From Dimorphilus gyrociliatus (taxonomy: Eukaryota > Animalia > Annelida): DNA of 64,000 nt. The notes beneath the pieces are model-generated. The model made no database searches. It was not told the DNA's origin and saw only the letters and a program-made list of their open reading frames with translations. Made by a program: the position numbers and the translations under genes. The DNA is taken from the NCBI GenBank assembly GCA_904063045.1, contig CAJFCJ010000056.1, positions 6,110 to 70,109 on the forward strand. The letters run 5' to 3'. The number at the start of each line of letters is the position of its first letter. Positions within the stretch are counted from its first letter, which is position 1. Positions 37,501 through 47,816 of the stretch are shown piece after piece.

Positions 37501-39921
37501 TCATCTTGATTTAATGAGAATTACAGGTGGTTGTTCTTCTTCATTAGTTTGATGTTGACTAAAGCTACAACTTTGTTTCATTAGTTTTGGGTTTTCAGGA
37601 GAGTTATCTGTGCTCTCACTTGGGGTAGCAATTTCTTCTCTTTGTTTTCTTCTTCCAATAATATAGTTGAAAATGATGATACATACCATTGACACTACAA
37701 TACTCAAACAAATATTTCGTATGATAACATAAAGTGTTTTCCCAGGTTTATAGTACCAACTATGGAAAAACTGTTTAATTCCAGATAAATTGGGTACAAT
37801 GCCATTTTTCTCTGCAACAGTGACCATGTTATCATACCTTGCCTGCTTCTGTTCCAGTGAACTGATAACTTGCTTAATTTTTGAGTGCTGGTATGCAATA
37901 TCCTTCTTTACCCCATGGTGGAGTAGATCAGCTAATCTGGCAATTTCAATTTTTGGTTCAGAAAGGTGATTGTGGATATGTAACTGCATGGATTTTGCAG
38001 ACACAGTGTGAAATCTGCATCCTCTTTCTGAATAATACACATATGTTTTGTCTTTCATTGGTTGGTTTCTTATAGGATTTAATGGGTTGTGAGTTGTTTT
38101 GTAGAATAACTTGTTAGACTTACACTCATTATAGGTAATCTCTTCAGGATTGACTTGCTGTAAAACATGAGTAACTGGTTCTACTTGGAAAAGCAGGTTG
38201 TTCATGGTGACAAGTAAAAATTGAGAACATTTGTTATTCTTTTTTATCATGCTTAAGTCACAAACTACTTCTGTTGAGGCTATTGGTGAACATTGTTTAA
38301 TTATAGCTAATTCTCCCATCTGACTACTGTGCATTCCCAACTCATTTGTTAACACTGTGGTCAATTGAGGATCCAAATTTGCTAGTAATGCCATCATTCT
38401 GCTTCTTTGAACAAATTGATTGCAGAGAAGACTTGACAGCTGTTGGGTAAACTTTTTTAAATTCTTAAAATTTGAATCAATACCATGTAGTAAGGTAGAT
38501 GTTTGGGCAGCTTCTCTCATTTCCAATGGGAATTTGTGGTATGGGTTTTTACTTATCTTATGTTTCAGTTTTGCTTCCTTCTTCATCTGCTTTTTAGCCA
38601 TTCTCATGTGTAGAGTAAAATAAATTCCTTCATAGGTAATCTTAAATTCTCTGGCTGGTGGTCCTTTATACCATATGCCCAATGTTGGTAATACCTTCTT
38701 TTTGATTCTTTTCTCACTGTATACATATTTTGAAATCGTGACAGATTGTCTTGTTGCCCTTGTCCAATTGACTGCTTGCAGCATTTCTTGGATATAATAG
38801 TTATCCAGCTCCCAGTAAGATGGACTAATGGGTTGTTGTAGATGATATATCACAACTTCCTTGAGTGTGCCTTTATTTCTCATTAGTTTATACTTTGTGT
38901 TTGTTTCTCTGTACCATTGGTTAAGACTTGGTAAGGGGTTGTTTCGCTTGTATAGTATAATTTGTTCTTTAACTTTATTGGGATAGTTTAATAGTCGTTT
39001 TTCTTCATTTTTGCCAATCTTCTGATATTGTAGCAAATTGTATAGGTGTTCCTTGCTTGTTTCCTGTATTAAACTCTGTTCCTCCAGTGGTACTAGTACT
39101 TTTGTTCCAGGACCACCAATTCCATCAATAAACTTATCTTGATAAGGGATGTCCAGAATAGAATACCCTGGACAAGAATAGTGACCAGCAAATTTGATAC
39201 AACTAATTCTGTTGCTAATTTTTATCCATGGTGATTGTTGCCCAAGTGTGTAATTATTCTTGAGGTTCCTAAAGACAATAATTGCTCTTCTGTTTCACAA
39301 TAGGACTGCCCTGGTAAACAATCTTCCAGGTAGTCCAGATTAGTTGTAATTTTCATATTAGGAGGTTGCCAATATGCTTTGCCAAACTGGATAATTGTGG
39401 TGTATTCCAGCACCTTGGTCGTTGTTGGCCATGTGTAGGCAGCAGGAAACTGATCTTGGTGGATCCAAGTGTTTCTTTTCACCATTAAAGGTTTTCCTTG
39501 AAAAGATCGTTTGTCTTTTATCATCTGTCTGCATTGATCATGAGTTACTTTGATAACTGAGTTAACAATCCTCCTCTTCTTTGCTCCAAAGAAATAGTAA
39601 GTGTAAAAATTAGTTCTTAGATACACTTGACATTTTACTGCTCTTGTTTCAATTTCTTCCAAGTTCAATTCATAGATATCAGCTGTAATTGTCTTGGTTT
39701 CTTGTGATTCTATATTACAAGTTGGCTCATCTGCTAGATCAAATGCCTGGCTTGGTAGTTGGTTAGAACAAAAGTATAACGGTGGTTTAAATGTTAAGGT
39801 AATGTTTTGCACTTGTAACATGGGCACCTTGGTAGGATGGTTTTGGGACTGTTATTGAGTGGATGCAGCCACAGATCACCATTACAGTCATCACTAGTGG
39901 AAGCCACAACATCTGTTTCAT
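37501..39921 (-). CDS. env: Envelope glycoprotein, class III (herpes gB / chuvirus G-like) fusogen; two 1-nt frameshifts (about 39806 and 39280)
   Basis: Signal peptide MKQMLWLPLVMTVMVICGCIHS; Cys pattern with YYFFG and YTWP putative fusion loops; LCNQ..LANLDP..MGELAIIKQCSPI resembles the gB domain III/IV junction; C-terminal TM ICLSIVVSMVCIIIFNYIIG plus a cytoplasmic tail. Confidence 0.8.
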
Positions 39922-40540
39922 GTTAGCTCTTCCTGTGTTGGCTATAGTTGAATGGTTGAAAATTTTGTGTTGTTGTTCCACTCTGATAGTTATTCCATCT
40001 TCTAACTCTATATATTGTGGTTCCACTTCTTGTTGGGAATCTAATTGTTCAGAGATGATTTAGTCTCATCTAAAAATATGACTGACTCATTGTCTGTGTC
40101 ACTTGTATTTTCTTTCTCATCTTGGGATGAATCTACCACTATGAGGGACTCATTATCTGAATGGGTTATGTCAATAATTTCACCTTCAATAATTATTGAC
40201 TCATTATCCGAATGGGTTATATCAATAATTTCGCTTTCAATAATTATTGACTCATCGTCTGAACTAGATATTTCATCTTCTCTATCAGAGATAATGTTTG
40301 CCTCTGAATCTGTATTTTGATCCAGTTCATTATTTGTTTCTGTGTCATCACTTTCAGATGAGCTTGAAGGTTCATTGAGACTGTAATTACTGTCTGTTTT
40401 GAAAGTATTGCTTGTGTCATAACCAGTATCAGAATTAGTAACTTCCATCTCTGAGTCATCACTATCTGAACTTTCTGATGAAGAGTCATGCTGTCCCATC
40501 ATGGCTATAGTGACTTTGTTTAGTTGAGGTTGCCTTATTC
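39922..40540 (-). CDS. Asp/Ser/Glu-rich linker between protease 2 and Env
   Basis: ORF 40041-40502 with SSSESSDSDDSE and tandem DNESIIIE(S/G)EIIDITHS units. In frame with Env in the second copy. Confidence 0.7.
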
Positions 40541-41175
40541 TTTCAGCCAGGTTCCTTTCCTTCTATCAAATTTGAGAGAACACTGTTTAGCTTCAAAATT
40601 GAGGTTTGCTCCCACAGTTTGTAGGAAATCACAACCAAGTATTATTGCTATGTCTAGATTTTCCATAACTATAAATTCTTGTTCCATACTTTCTCCAGCA
40701 AATTGGATATTCAGCTTTACGCTTCCTTTTTGCTTTAAAGCTTTCCCATCAGCTGAAGTTATAATTGGTAAGCCAATTGTTTCTTTATCCATAATTGTAA
40801 CATCCATTAACTTGATTTCTTTTTCAGTAATAAAGGATCTCAATGCTCCTGTGTCACACAAGGCAATGACTTCTTGGCCTTTTTGATTCTTCAAACGGAA
40901 TTGGAAGTCATTTCTTCCTTCTACCTGAGAAAGATATTGGAGGTGTGTTATTTCCTTCTCCACAAGGTGAAAGATTGTTGTTGCTTCTTTCCCTGTTTCC
41001 AACTTATTAGATTCATTGGCTAGTCTTAATCTGCTACCATGTACCAACTTGCATGTATTATCATCCATTTGTATTTCATATATCCACTTTTGATGATTGA
41101 CTTTTGTTATTCGGTATGGGCCTAACCATTTTAAAGAAGGGATTTTTGTTATTGCAATTCTTGCAGCATCATTTC
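40541..41175 (-). CDS. Integrase C-terminus (GPY motif) plus second retropepsin-type aspartic protease
   Basis: KWLGPYRI then ALCDTGALRSFI ... AIILGCDFLQ. Continuous with integrase in copy 2 (ORF 62030-63310). Confidence 0.85.
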
Positions 41176-44100
41176 TTAAGAATACTTCATCATCAACCTC
41201 AAATATTTTGGAAGATTGAGATTTCTATTCTTTCTTTCCCTATATTGTTCTTTTGCCATGATGGATTTACAGAAGGCTGTAGCTCTTAACTGTACTAATT
41301 GCTGCTGGTGATTGAATACAAATAGTACATTTGTTTCAGGAGAGGTAGTATGCATTGTTACATCAATCAGTGTTCTTGTGCTGGTGCCAAAAAGAAGTTC
41401 CTGGGGTGGTAGTCTTGTACTTCCTACAGGTGATTGATTCAAAAATGCTTGAATCAAGGGTAGGTTTGCAACCCAGTTATGCTGATTTTCTTCCACCACT
41501 AATTTATTGATTTCCTTCCTCACTTCTCTATTTCTTCGTTCAACTAGTCCATTGCTCTGGCTTCTATAAGCTGTTGTTTGGATTTTCTCAATACCTAATA
41601 CCTTCATAAACTCTTTAAAAGCTTTACCAACAAAGTTTCTTCCTTGATCTGTCAACATTTGTTTTGGAATTCCAAAAATGGGAAAAAATCTGTTGAAAAG
41701 AAGGTTTGCAATTTCTTTACTGGTTTGCTGTTTGAGTGCATATAAAACTGTGTATCTACTGAAATGATCCACTATCACAAGTATGAATCTGTATGACTTA
41801 ACCATGGGTAAGGGTCCCATTATATCCATGGCTACCAACTCCATTGGTGATGCAGGGTGAAAGGTTTCTACCAAAGGGTATACTCTACTCCTACCATTCA
41901 TTTGTTCACACAAAGTGCAATCCTTTATTGAATTCTCAATCATAATCTTTAATTTTGGGTGCCAAAAGGTCTTTGTAATTATTTGTAATGTCATTCTGGG
42001 TCCATGGTGATTGTGAATTTTATTTTTATGGAATTTAGGGAGCAGAGTTAGCATCAAATGGTCAGGTAAAACCAGAATGTTTCTTTCTTCAAGGATAATC
42101 CAGATCATTTCCTTGTGAACAAACATCTCCATTATGAAAGGTGTAAAAGTTCCAAAATAAGGAATAGGTAGCTGACCATCCAATGTTAAATATTCTTTAA
42201 TTGATTTTAAATTCACATCTTTTTCTTGCTCTGACTGTAAGTCAACAGAAGACAAATCAATTTTCTCTTCACTGTTATCACTGGTAGCTACAAAAGTTAA
42301 CTCTGGTGTATGTTCATACTGTTCCATTTTAACTGAAATAGAGGGAGAATTCTCCTTTTTGATCTTTCCATGAATTAGCTCTTCAAATGTTACTTTCCTT
42401 GGGGGTGTATATTCTTCTAATCTTGTTAATGCATCTGCTCTATTTTTTCGTCCTGTCACATAGTTAATTGTAAATTTTAAATCCATTAAAGCCATGACCC
42501 ATTTTGCTGTGCTGACATTCAATTTGTTTTGCTTAAATGTTTGTACTAGACTCTGATGGTCAGTATATAAAAAGAATGGCTTGTCTTGAAGGTAATGTAA
42601 AAATTTCTTTACAACCCAGTAAACACCAAATGCTTCCTTTTGATAGGCTGCATATTTCATTTGATTATTGTTGAATTGTTTTGAAGCATAGGCAATGGGT
42701 TTCATTGTTTTCTTCCCATTCTCATCTACATAAACTTGTTCAAGAACTCCTCCTACAGCTACATTCGATGCATCTGTTGTTAAGTGAAAATCTTTAGCAA
42801 AATCAGGTAGTTGTAATACAGGAGGGTTAACTACTGCATCTCTCAACTTGAAAAATGATTGCTTGGCTTCCTCAGTCCATTGCAATTTATCCTTTTTCCC
42901 ATGTAGTTTCATTAACATATACAGAGGTTTAGCTACTCTTGCAAAATCTTGTATAAATTTTCTGTAATAGCCACAAAATGCAACAAAGCTTAGTAGTGAA
43001 TTTGCAAACACTGGTGGCTGTAAATTATATAATTTATCTGTCTTGGACTTATCTGTTTCAATCCCCTTTTCTGATACAATGTGTCCCAAGAATTGAACTT
43101 GTTCTTTCAAAAACACACATTTACTTAGTTTAATCTTAAAATTGTACTTTTGAATCTGTTGAAGAATGGTCTCCAATGCTTCCCAATGTTGGTCCAGCGA
43201 CTTGGTAAATATTATTATGTCATCAAGGTAGTTTAGGCACAAATGCTTTACATCCTTTAGCACAAATGAATTCATTACATAACTAAAATGAGGAGGGGCA
43301 TTGGTTAATCCAAAAGGCATCTTAATAAATTCAAACAAGCCAAAAGGTGTAATAAATGCTGTTTTAGACCTATCTTCTTTCTTGATGTTAATGTGGTGGT
43401 ATGCACTTGTCAAATCCATTGTAGAAAAGAATTTATTTCCTCCTCCCAAATGGTCAAAAAGATCATCTTGATTTGGCAGTGGATACTTGTTTTTAACTGT
43501 CATTTTGTTTAGTTTTCTATAATCTACACACATTCGTAGACTACCTTCCTTCTTTCTTACGAAAACAATTGGTGAAGCCCAATTGCTCTTGCTTGGTTGA
43601 ATAACTTTGCTTTTTACCAATTCAGCTATCTGTTGCTTACATTCTTCTTGTTTTTGAGGAGGCATTCTATATGGCCTTTGTCTATATGGTGTTGAACCTG
43701 GTTCAAGAGTTATTTCCAAGGGTGGTACCTCTGGATTGCCAATATCAAATCTGTCTTCTGCAATAGTTTCTTTATATTTTGCCAGAATTTGGGTAACTTT
43801 GTTCTTCATCTCGGGATTTTCTTGTTCAATTGTTGTCTGAAGGGTATGTATTTGACTCTCATTCTTTTTCATAATAAGAGGAACTGGGTAAAACCCTTTG
43901 AAAGATAAGTGTTGTGTTCCAACAGGGTAATTCTTTTCTGTACCTGGCTGGAGTATAATCTGTCTCTTGCCAAAGTCAAGGGTAGCTCCATTTTGTTGTA
44001 GAAAGTCACACCCAATAATACATTGTTGTGTAATGATTTTGTTGATCAGAAAGCGTTGTTTAATAATCTTTTCATTAAAATAAAGTCTGAGAATGATTTC

Positions 44101-44385
44101 TCCACATATCTCGATGCTATTTCCTGAAGCATCTCTAGCATTTTTCACAGTTTGTTCTGGGAAGGATGCTTTTCCTTGAACTTGTCTTAATACCTTTTTT
44201 GAAATGAAAGATCTGTCACTACCAGAGTCTATCAAGGCATCAAACTTAAAACCAGTATTAGTTTCAAATTGTCCAATAAATGTTGAAGCATTTCGCTCAG
44301 ATTGTTTGCTTTGTAACAGCTGACAAGTGGATTCGTCACTATCTGAAAAACAGAGAATATCTTGAACTTCGTCGTTTTCTGACAT
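41176..44385 (-). CDS. pol: Pol: protease 1, reverse transcriptase, RNase H, integrase
   Basis: LIDSGS protease; WASP..RMCVDYR, YLDDIIIF RT; LTTDAS..DALTR RNase H; H-H-C-C and MDIMG / TDQGRNF / SNGLVER integrase motifs. No internal stops. Confidence 0.97.
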   Translation of the reverse strand: MSENDEVQDILCFSDSDESTCQLLQSKQSERNASTFIGQFETNTGFKFDALIDSGSDRSFISKKVLRQVQGKASFPEQTVKNARDASGNSIEICGEIILRLYFNEKIIKQRFLINKIITQQCIIGCDFLQQNGATLDFGKRQIILQPGTEKNYPVGTQHLSFKGFYPVPLIMKKNESQIHTLQTTIEQENPEMKNKVTQILAKYKETIAEDRFDIGNPEVPPLEITLEPGSTPYRQRPYRMPPQKQEECKQQIAELVKSKVIQPSKSNWASPIVFVRKKEGSLRMCVDYRKLNKMTVKNKYPLPNQDDLFDHLGGGNKFFSTMDLTSAYHHINIKKEDRSKTAFITPFGLFEFIKMPFGLTNAPPHFSYVMNSFVLKDVKHLCLNYLDDIIIFTKSLDQHWEALETILQQIQKYNFKIKLSKCVFLKEQVQFLGHIVSEKGIETDKSKTDKLYNLQPPVFANSLLSFVAFCGYYRKFIQDFARVAKPLYMLMKLHGKKDKLQWTEEAKQSFFKLRDAVVNPPVLQLPDFAKDFHLTTDASNVAVGGVLEQVYVDENGKKTMKPIAYASKQFNNNQMKYAAYQKEAFGVYWVVKKFLHYLQDKPFFLYTDHQSLVQTFKQNKLNVSTAKWVMALMDLKFTINYVTGRKNRADALTRLEEYTPPRKVTFEELIHGKIKKENSPSISVKMEQYEHTPELTFVATSDNSEEKIDLSSVDLQSEQEKDVNLKSIKEYLTLDGQLPIPYFGTFTPFIMEMFVHKEMIWIILEERNILVLPDHLMLTLLPKFHKNKIHNHHGPRMTLQIITKTFWHPKLKIMIENSIKDCTLCEQMNGRSRVYPLVETFHPASPMELVAMDIMGPLPMVKSYRFILVIVDHFSRYTVLYALKQQTSKEIANLLFNRFFPIFGIPKQMLTDQGRNFVGKAFKEFMKVLGIEKIQTTAYRSQSNGLVERRNREVRKEINKLVVEENQHNWVANLPLIQAFLNQSPVGSTRLPPQELLFGTSTRTLIDVTMHTTSPETNVLFVFNHQQQLVQLRATAFCKSIMAKEQYRERKNRNLNLPKYLRLMMKYS

Positions 44386-45455
44386 GCTTTCATTGTCTAA
44401 TGTTTCTAATTTTTGTAGCTTAGGTTCCTCTTTCAGTATCGTCTTTGCTGGTTGATTTTTCTTATAATACCTATTTGTTGTAGTTGGTGCATACTTTTGG
44501 ACTTTTGGCTTGAAAACTTTTCTTTAGTAGCATTTTTGTTGTCAGGTACATGCTTTCTATTCCAGAAATTTGGGGTTTCTGTAGAAGCATCTTTTCTGAT
44601 TACCTGGGTCTTTTTGGTCTCTTTTCTTTGTTGAGTTTCCAATTTTGACACCATTGTGATCGGTTTTCTTTGAGTTAGTTTTAATGAAGTTTCTGCTTGC
44701 TTAGCAGCCTCATATAGTTCTGCCAATGTTTGACATTTAGGATGTAAGGTGTACACTAAATGTAGAATATCCTGTTGTAATCCTCTTTGTAAAACTTCCA
44801 TCAGTTTTATTTCTTTCATAGTTGCAAGCAATTGTGGTTCCATTGGTCTAGGTGGAGAAAACCTCTTTATCAATTTCTTTGCTCTATTAACAAACTGAAC
44901 CACACTTTCGCCATTCATTTGCTTTAAGTTAAGCAATTTCTCCTGATACTCCAAAGGATCTAGATCAAATTCGTCATGGAGGGCTTTCCATATTTCCTCC
45001 ACAGTAGGCTCTCCATCCAGAGCCAACACCAAATCCTTTGCAGGACCAGTTAAATAATCTAAAAGATTTGCTTTCACAACATCTTCTCCTATCCAACCAT
45101 AAGCATAACATGCCTGATTAAAGTCTTCTTTGAATTTTGAACACTCCTTGCTTCCATCATACAACTTGAGAATAGTTCTTTGAGGGCGGTCCCAAGCAGC
45201 CCTTAATGCTTGAATTACTGTTGTGATATCAACATTTGGGTTCTGTGCTGGGTGATGTGTTCCATCTCCATGATCTGTTGGAATTGTGATTCGATTTCTT
45301 TTCATTTCACTCACCAATCTATCATAGTCTTCAATTAGTCTTTGTTGCCTTTCTGACATTCCTGCTGGCTGAATTGTAATTGTTGGAGTTGCTGGGGTTG
45401 AAGGGTTAGAGTCTGTAACTGCCCCAGTGGCGTTTCCATTTCCTCCTTCTGCCAT
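44386..45455 (-). CDS. gag: Gag (retrotransposon capsid; no CCHC knuckle seen)
   Basis: ATG at 45455 (MAEGGNG); LKLYDG..F..W..NLLDYLTGPAK capsid motif. In frame with pol in copy 2. Confidence 0.9.
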
Positions 45456-45493
45456 ATTTACTTTCTCAAAACTTTTGAATAAACCAAAAGAAT

Positions 45494-45511
45494 ATCCTGT
45501 CGACTGCGCCA
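45494..45511 (-). promoter_or_regulatory. Primer binding site, tRNA-Ser type
   Basis: Minus strand tggcgcagtcgacaggat, 4 nt downstream of the 5' LTR. Resembles the TGGCGCAGTCG tRNA-Ser PBS of 17.6/297-type gypsy elements. Confidence 0.8.
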
Positions 45512-45515
45512 AATT

Positions 45516-46150
45516 TGTACTGCTCTTGCTGGCAAAATCTATGCGTTTGCAAGTTATAACAATACTGGTTCTACTCGAACCTTTAAACAAATGTTTAAAT
45601 TAAAATGGTTTATTCGCAATAATAATACTTAAGCAAGTAACAATATGAGAGTTCGATAGCAGAGTAGATAGTTTGTAAAAGCAGGTTGCCAAATTACCAA
45701 ACTGTCTTCTAATGTTGAGGAGTAGATGGATGGTTCCAGTGGAGGTTGTTTCCAGATGATTTTCCCAGGTCCTTGGGTCCAGATGGAAGCTGCATGCCAA
45801 ATGAGAATAATGAGGATTTATATACTTTGAGGTTTGTCTCTGACATCCAATCATCACTTTACAGTTGCCGAAATGTGTAGTTCATATTTATCTTTAGTAA
45901 CAGGATGTTACAAGGTTCAACATTTAGGAAGGTTAATTGAATTATAACTTGGCCACACCCTAGGCAAGTTAATTAAATTATAACTTGGCCAAACCTTTAT
46001 TGGTAATTAAAGATGAGCCTTCAAGCTGACTAATCAGACTTATGTTTGGCCAATGTTATAGCATTTTCTTGCGTAGGTTTTAAGATGTACATGTATATGT
46101 TGCATAAAATAATAGAGTTCAAGCATGTAAAATATAACCAAAGTTGTACA
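45516..46150 (-). repeat. 5' LTR
   Basis: Direct repeat of 36835-37469, adjacent to the PBS. Confidence 0.97.
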
Positions 46151-47589
46151 ATAGGAGCGGCCATTTTTTTATATTCAATTTATGGTCTAATTTATAGTTA
46201 TCCTTCTAAGAAGTTTAAAATTAAGAAAAAACAAGATCAGCGACAATGGAAACATTTTAAAAGATTCTAAAACGCTTGGTAAGAATATTAGAACTGAAAG
46301 TATGCTGTTTGGTGTTACAACAATATATCTACTCAGTTGGTTTCCAGCTTCATTTTCAATTGCTGATAATTTGTCTTCAAATATTATACTCTTTCACATA
46401 TATCTTGTTAATAATTCTACAAATTTTTTTATATATTTTCTATTTCAAAAGACATTTTGTGAAAATTTGGCAAAGTTTTTTTTTTGTAAAAATTTCAGGC
46501 ATTCATCATCATCATTATCATCATCATCCTAAAACTTAAGCCTAACTAACTGTAAATAAAAGTAAGTAAACATCAAAAATTTGGTATTTGGCAATATTTT
46601 TAAAGTTTTAACCCATCTCTCTCATTTCTGGAAAGAGTAAGAATTCATTTCTCGTTGTATTCTTTGTAAAAATCTTAGATTCTAATAAACTAAATGTTGT
46701 TAATATATTTTTTTTTATAAGCTTAATTATTTTAATTAGCCTCCATTAACTAAATTGTCTATTTGGCAGTTTCCATGGAAATATCTACTAATTTCCAAAA
46801 TGGGTCTTCTTCCTCACTCATTTACCAATTCAGTAAGATCTCTTTCAATGTGTTTGATGACTTAAACTAATCCATTGCAAAATGTCAACAAATACACTTT
46901 CCATTTGTGTATTTAAGCATAAATTTTTAGTTTCAATTTTGGAACAATTTTTAAGCATATTTCCAAGTTTCTTTGATTGAATATCATTTAGACTTTAATA
47001 ACTGAAATCAATATCTTTTACAGTTTACTTTTTATGTAAAGATTTATGAAGGCAAACAGTTAGATGATACTTTAAAAGATGATTGTTATGCCTGAATCCA
47101 TTGTTTACTGGAGGAGAATTCTTAAAAAATCTGACCTATAAAAAATTAATCAGAAAGGTTAAAAAATTTTTCACTTTTGTTTTTATTCATTTTTGAAAAA
47201 TGTTTTTGCAATTCAACAAATAAGATCTGATGACCCTATTAGATGGTTTGTATTGGGGTCTGCCATATTTGTATGTTGGGTAAGGGTTAGGTAAAAATCC
47301 CGAGTTACACACTCAATGAGCACTACCCCAGAAAGTTTTGTTCTCACTCTAAGATCTTTACTGTATGATTCTAGGAGCAGATACTCCTCTTGTCTCTTTT
47401 CACTAGGAAGTCAATTTTCCCAGTAGAATTGCTAGGAGGTTGACTGCACTATGACTGTCTCTCCATATTTCGAGGTCTTATTACCTCTTTGTTAGGCAAT
47501 TTGGTTGCTTGATCTTAGGACAATTTTTTGCTACAATCTGACAATTAATTCACAATTTTAACTTCAGTTGGGGGTTGGTAAGGGCTTAA

Positions 47590-47816
47590 CTTAAATTAAC
47601 TTTTTTTCAACATTTTGGATGAATTGAAAGTATATTGAACAGGTTGTATATCTGGATGATAGATAAGACGATTTCGATGTCCTCCACAAGCAAACATTCA
47701 ATAGCAATACCAATAGCTCCAATGGCATCTAATCTATTTGCATCTTGTACAATTTGACATTCTAAACTTGGCTTTTCCAGGCCATTTTCAGACAGTAAAA
47801 TTATCATAGATACCAT
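47590..47816 (-). pseudogene. HD-domain phosphohydrolase fragment (YedJ-like)
   Basis: IVQDANRLDAIGAIGIA, followed in another frame by GGHRNRLIYHPDIQP, matching the IVQDADRLDAIGAIGIAR..GG..R..YDP motif. Confidence 0.6.

Larger units (their letters stand above)
36835..46150 (-). mobile_element. Full-length env-bearing Ty3/Gypsy-type LTR retrotransposon (ERV-like), 9316 bp
   Basis: Two 635-bp TG..CA LTRs with 5 visible substitutions, a PBS, a PPT and the gypsy order PR-RT-RH-IN. Flanks atat / atag (3 of 4 match, possible TSD). Confidence 0.97.

Noticed and set aside
44433-44510. Programmed -1 frameshift between gag and pol
   Set aside because: Copy 2 has one more A at this site and reads through in frame, and no classic slippery heptamer was seen. 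A sequencing error or mutation is more likely.
45494-45511. tRNA gene
   Set aside because: Only the 18-nt 3' end of a tRNA is matched, which is a primer binding site; there is no cloverleaf.
45456-45590. Upstream ATG extension of gag (MFKGSS...) and LTR ORFs 36919-37176 and 45600-45857
   Set aside because: They lie in the LTR/PBS leader, have no domain features, and are probably incidental.
46270-47560. Short low-complexity ORFs (46276-46539, 46302-46532) and AT-rich flanks
   Set aside because: No recognisable motifs; consistent with intergenic DNA.
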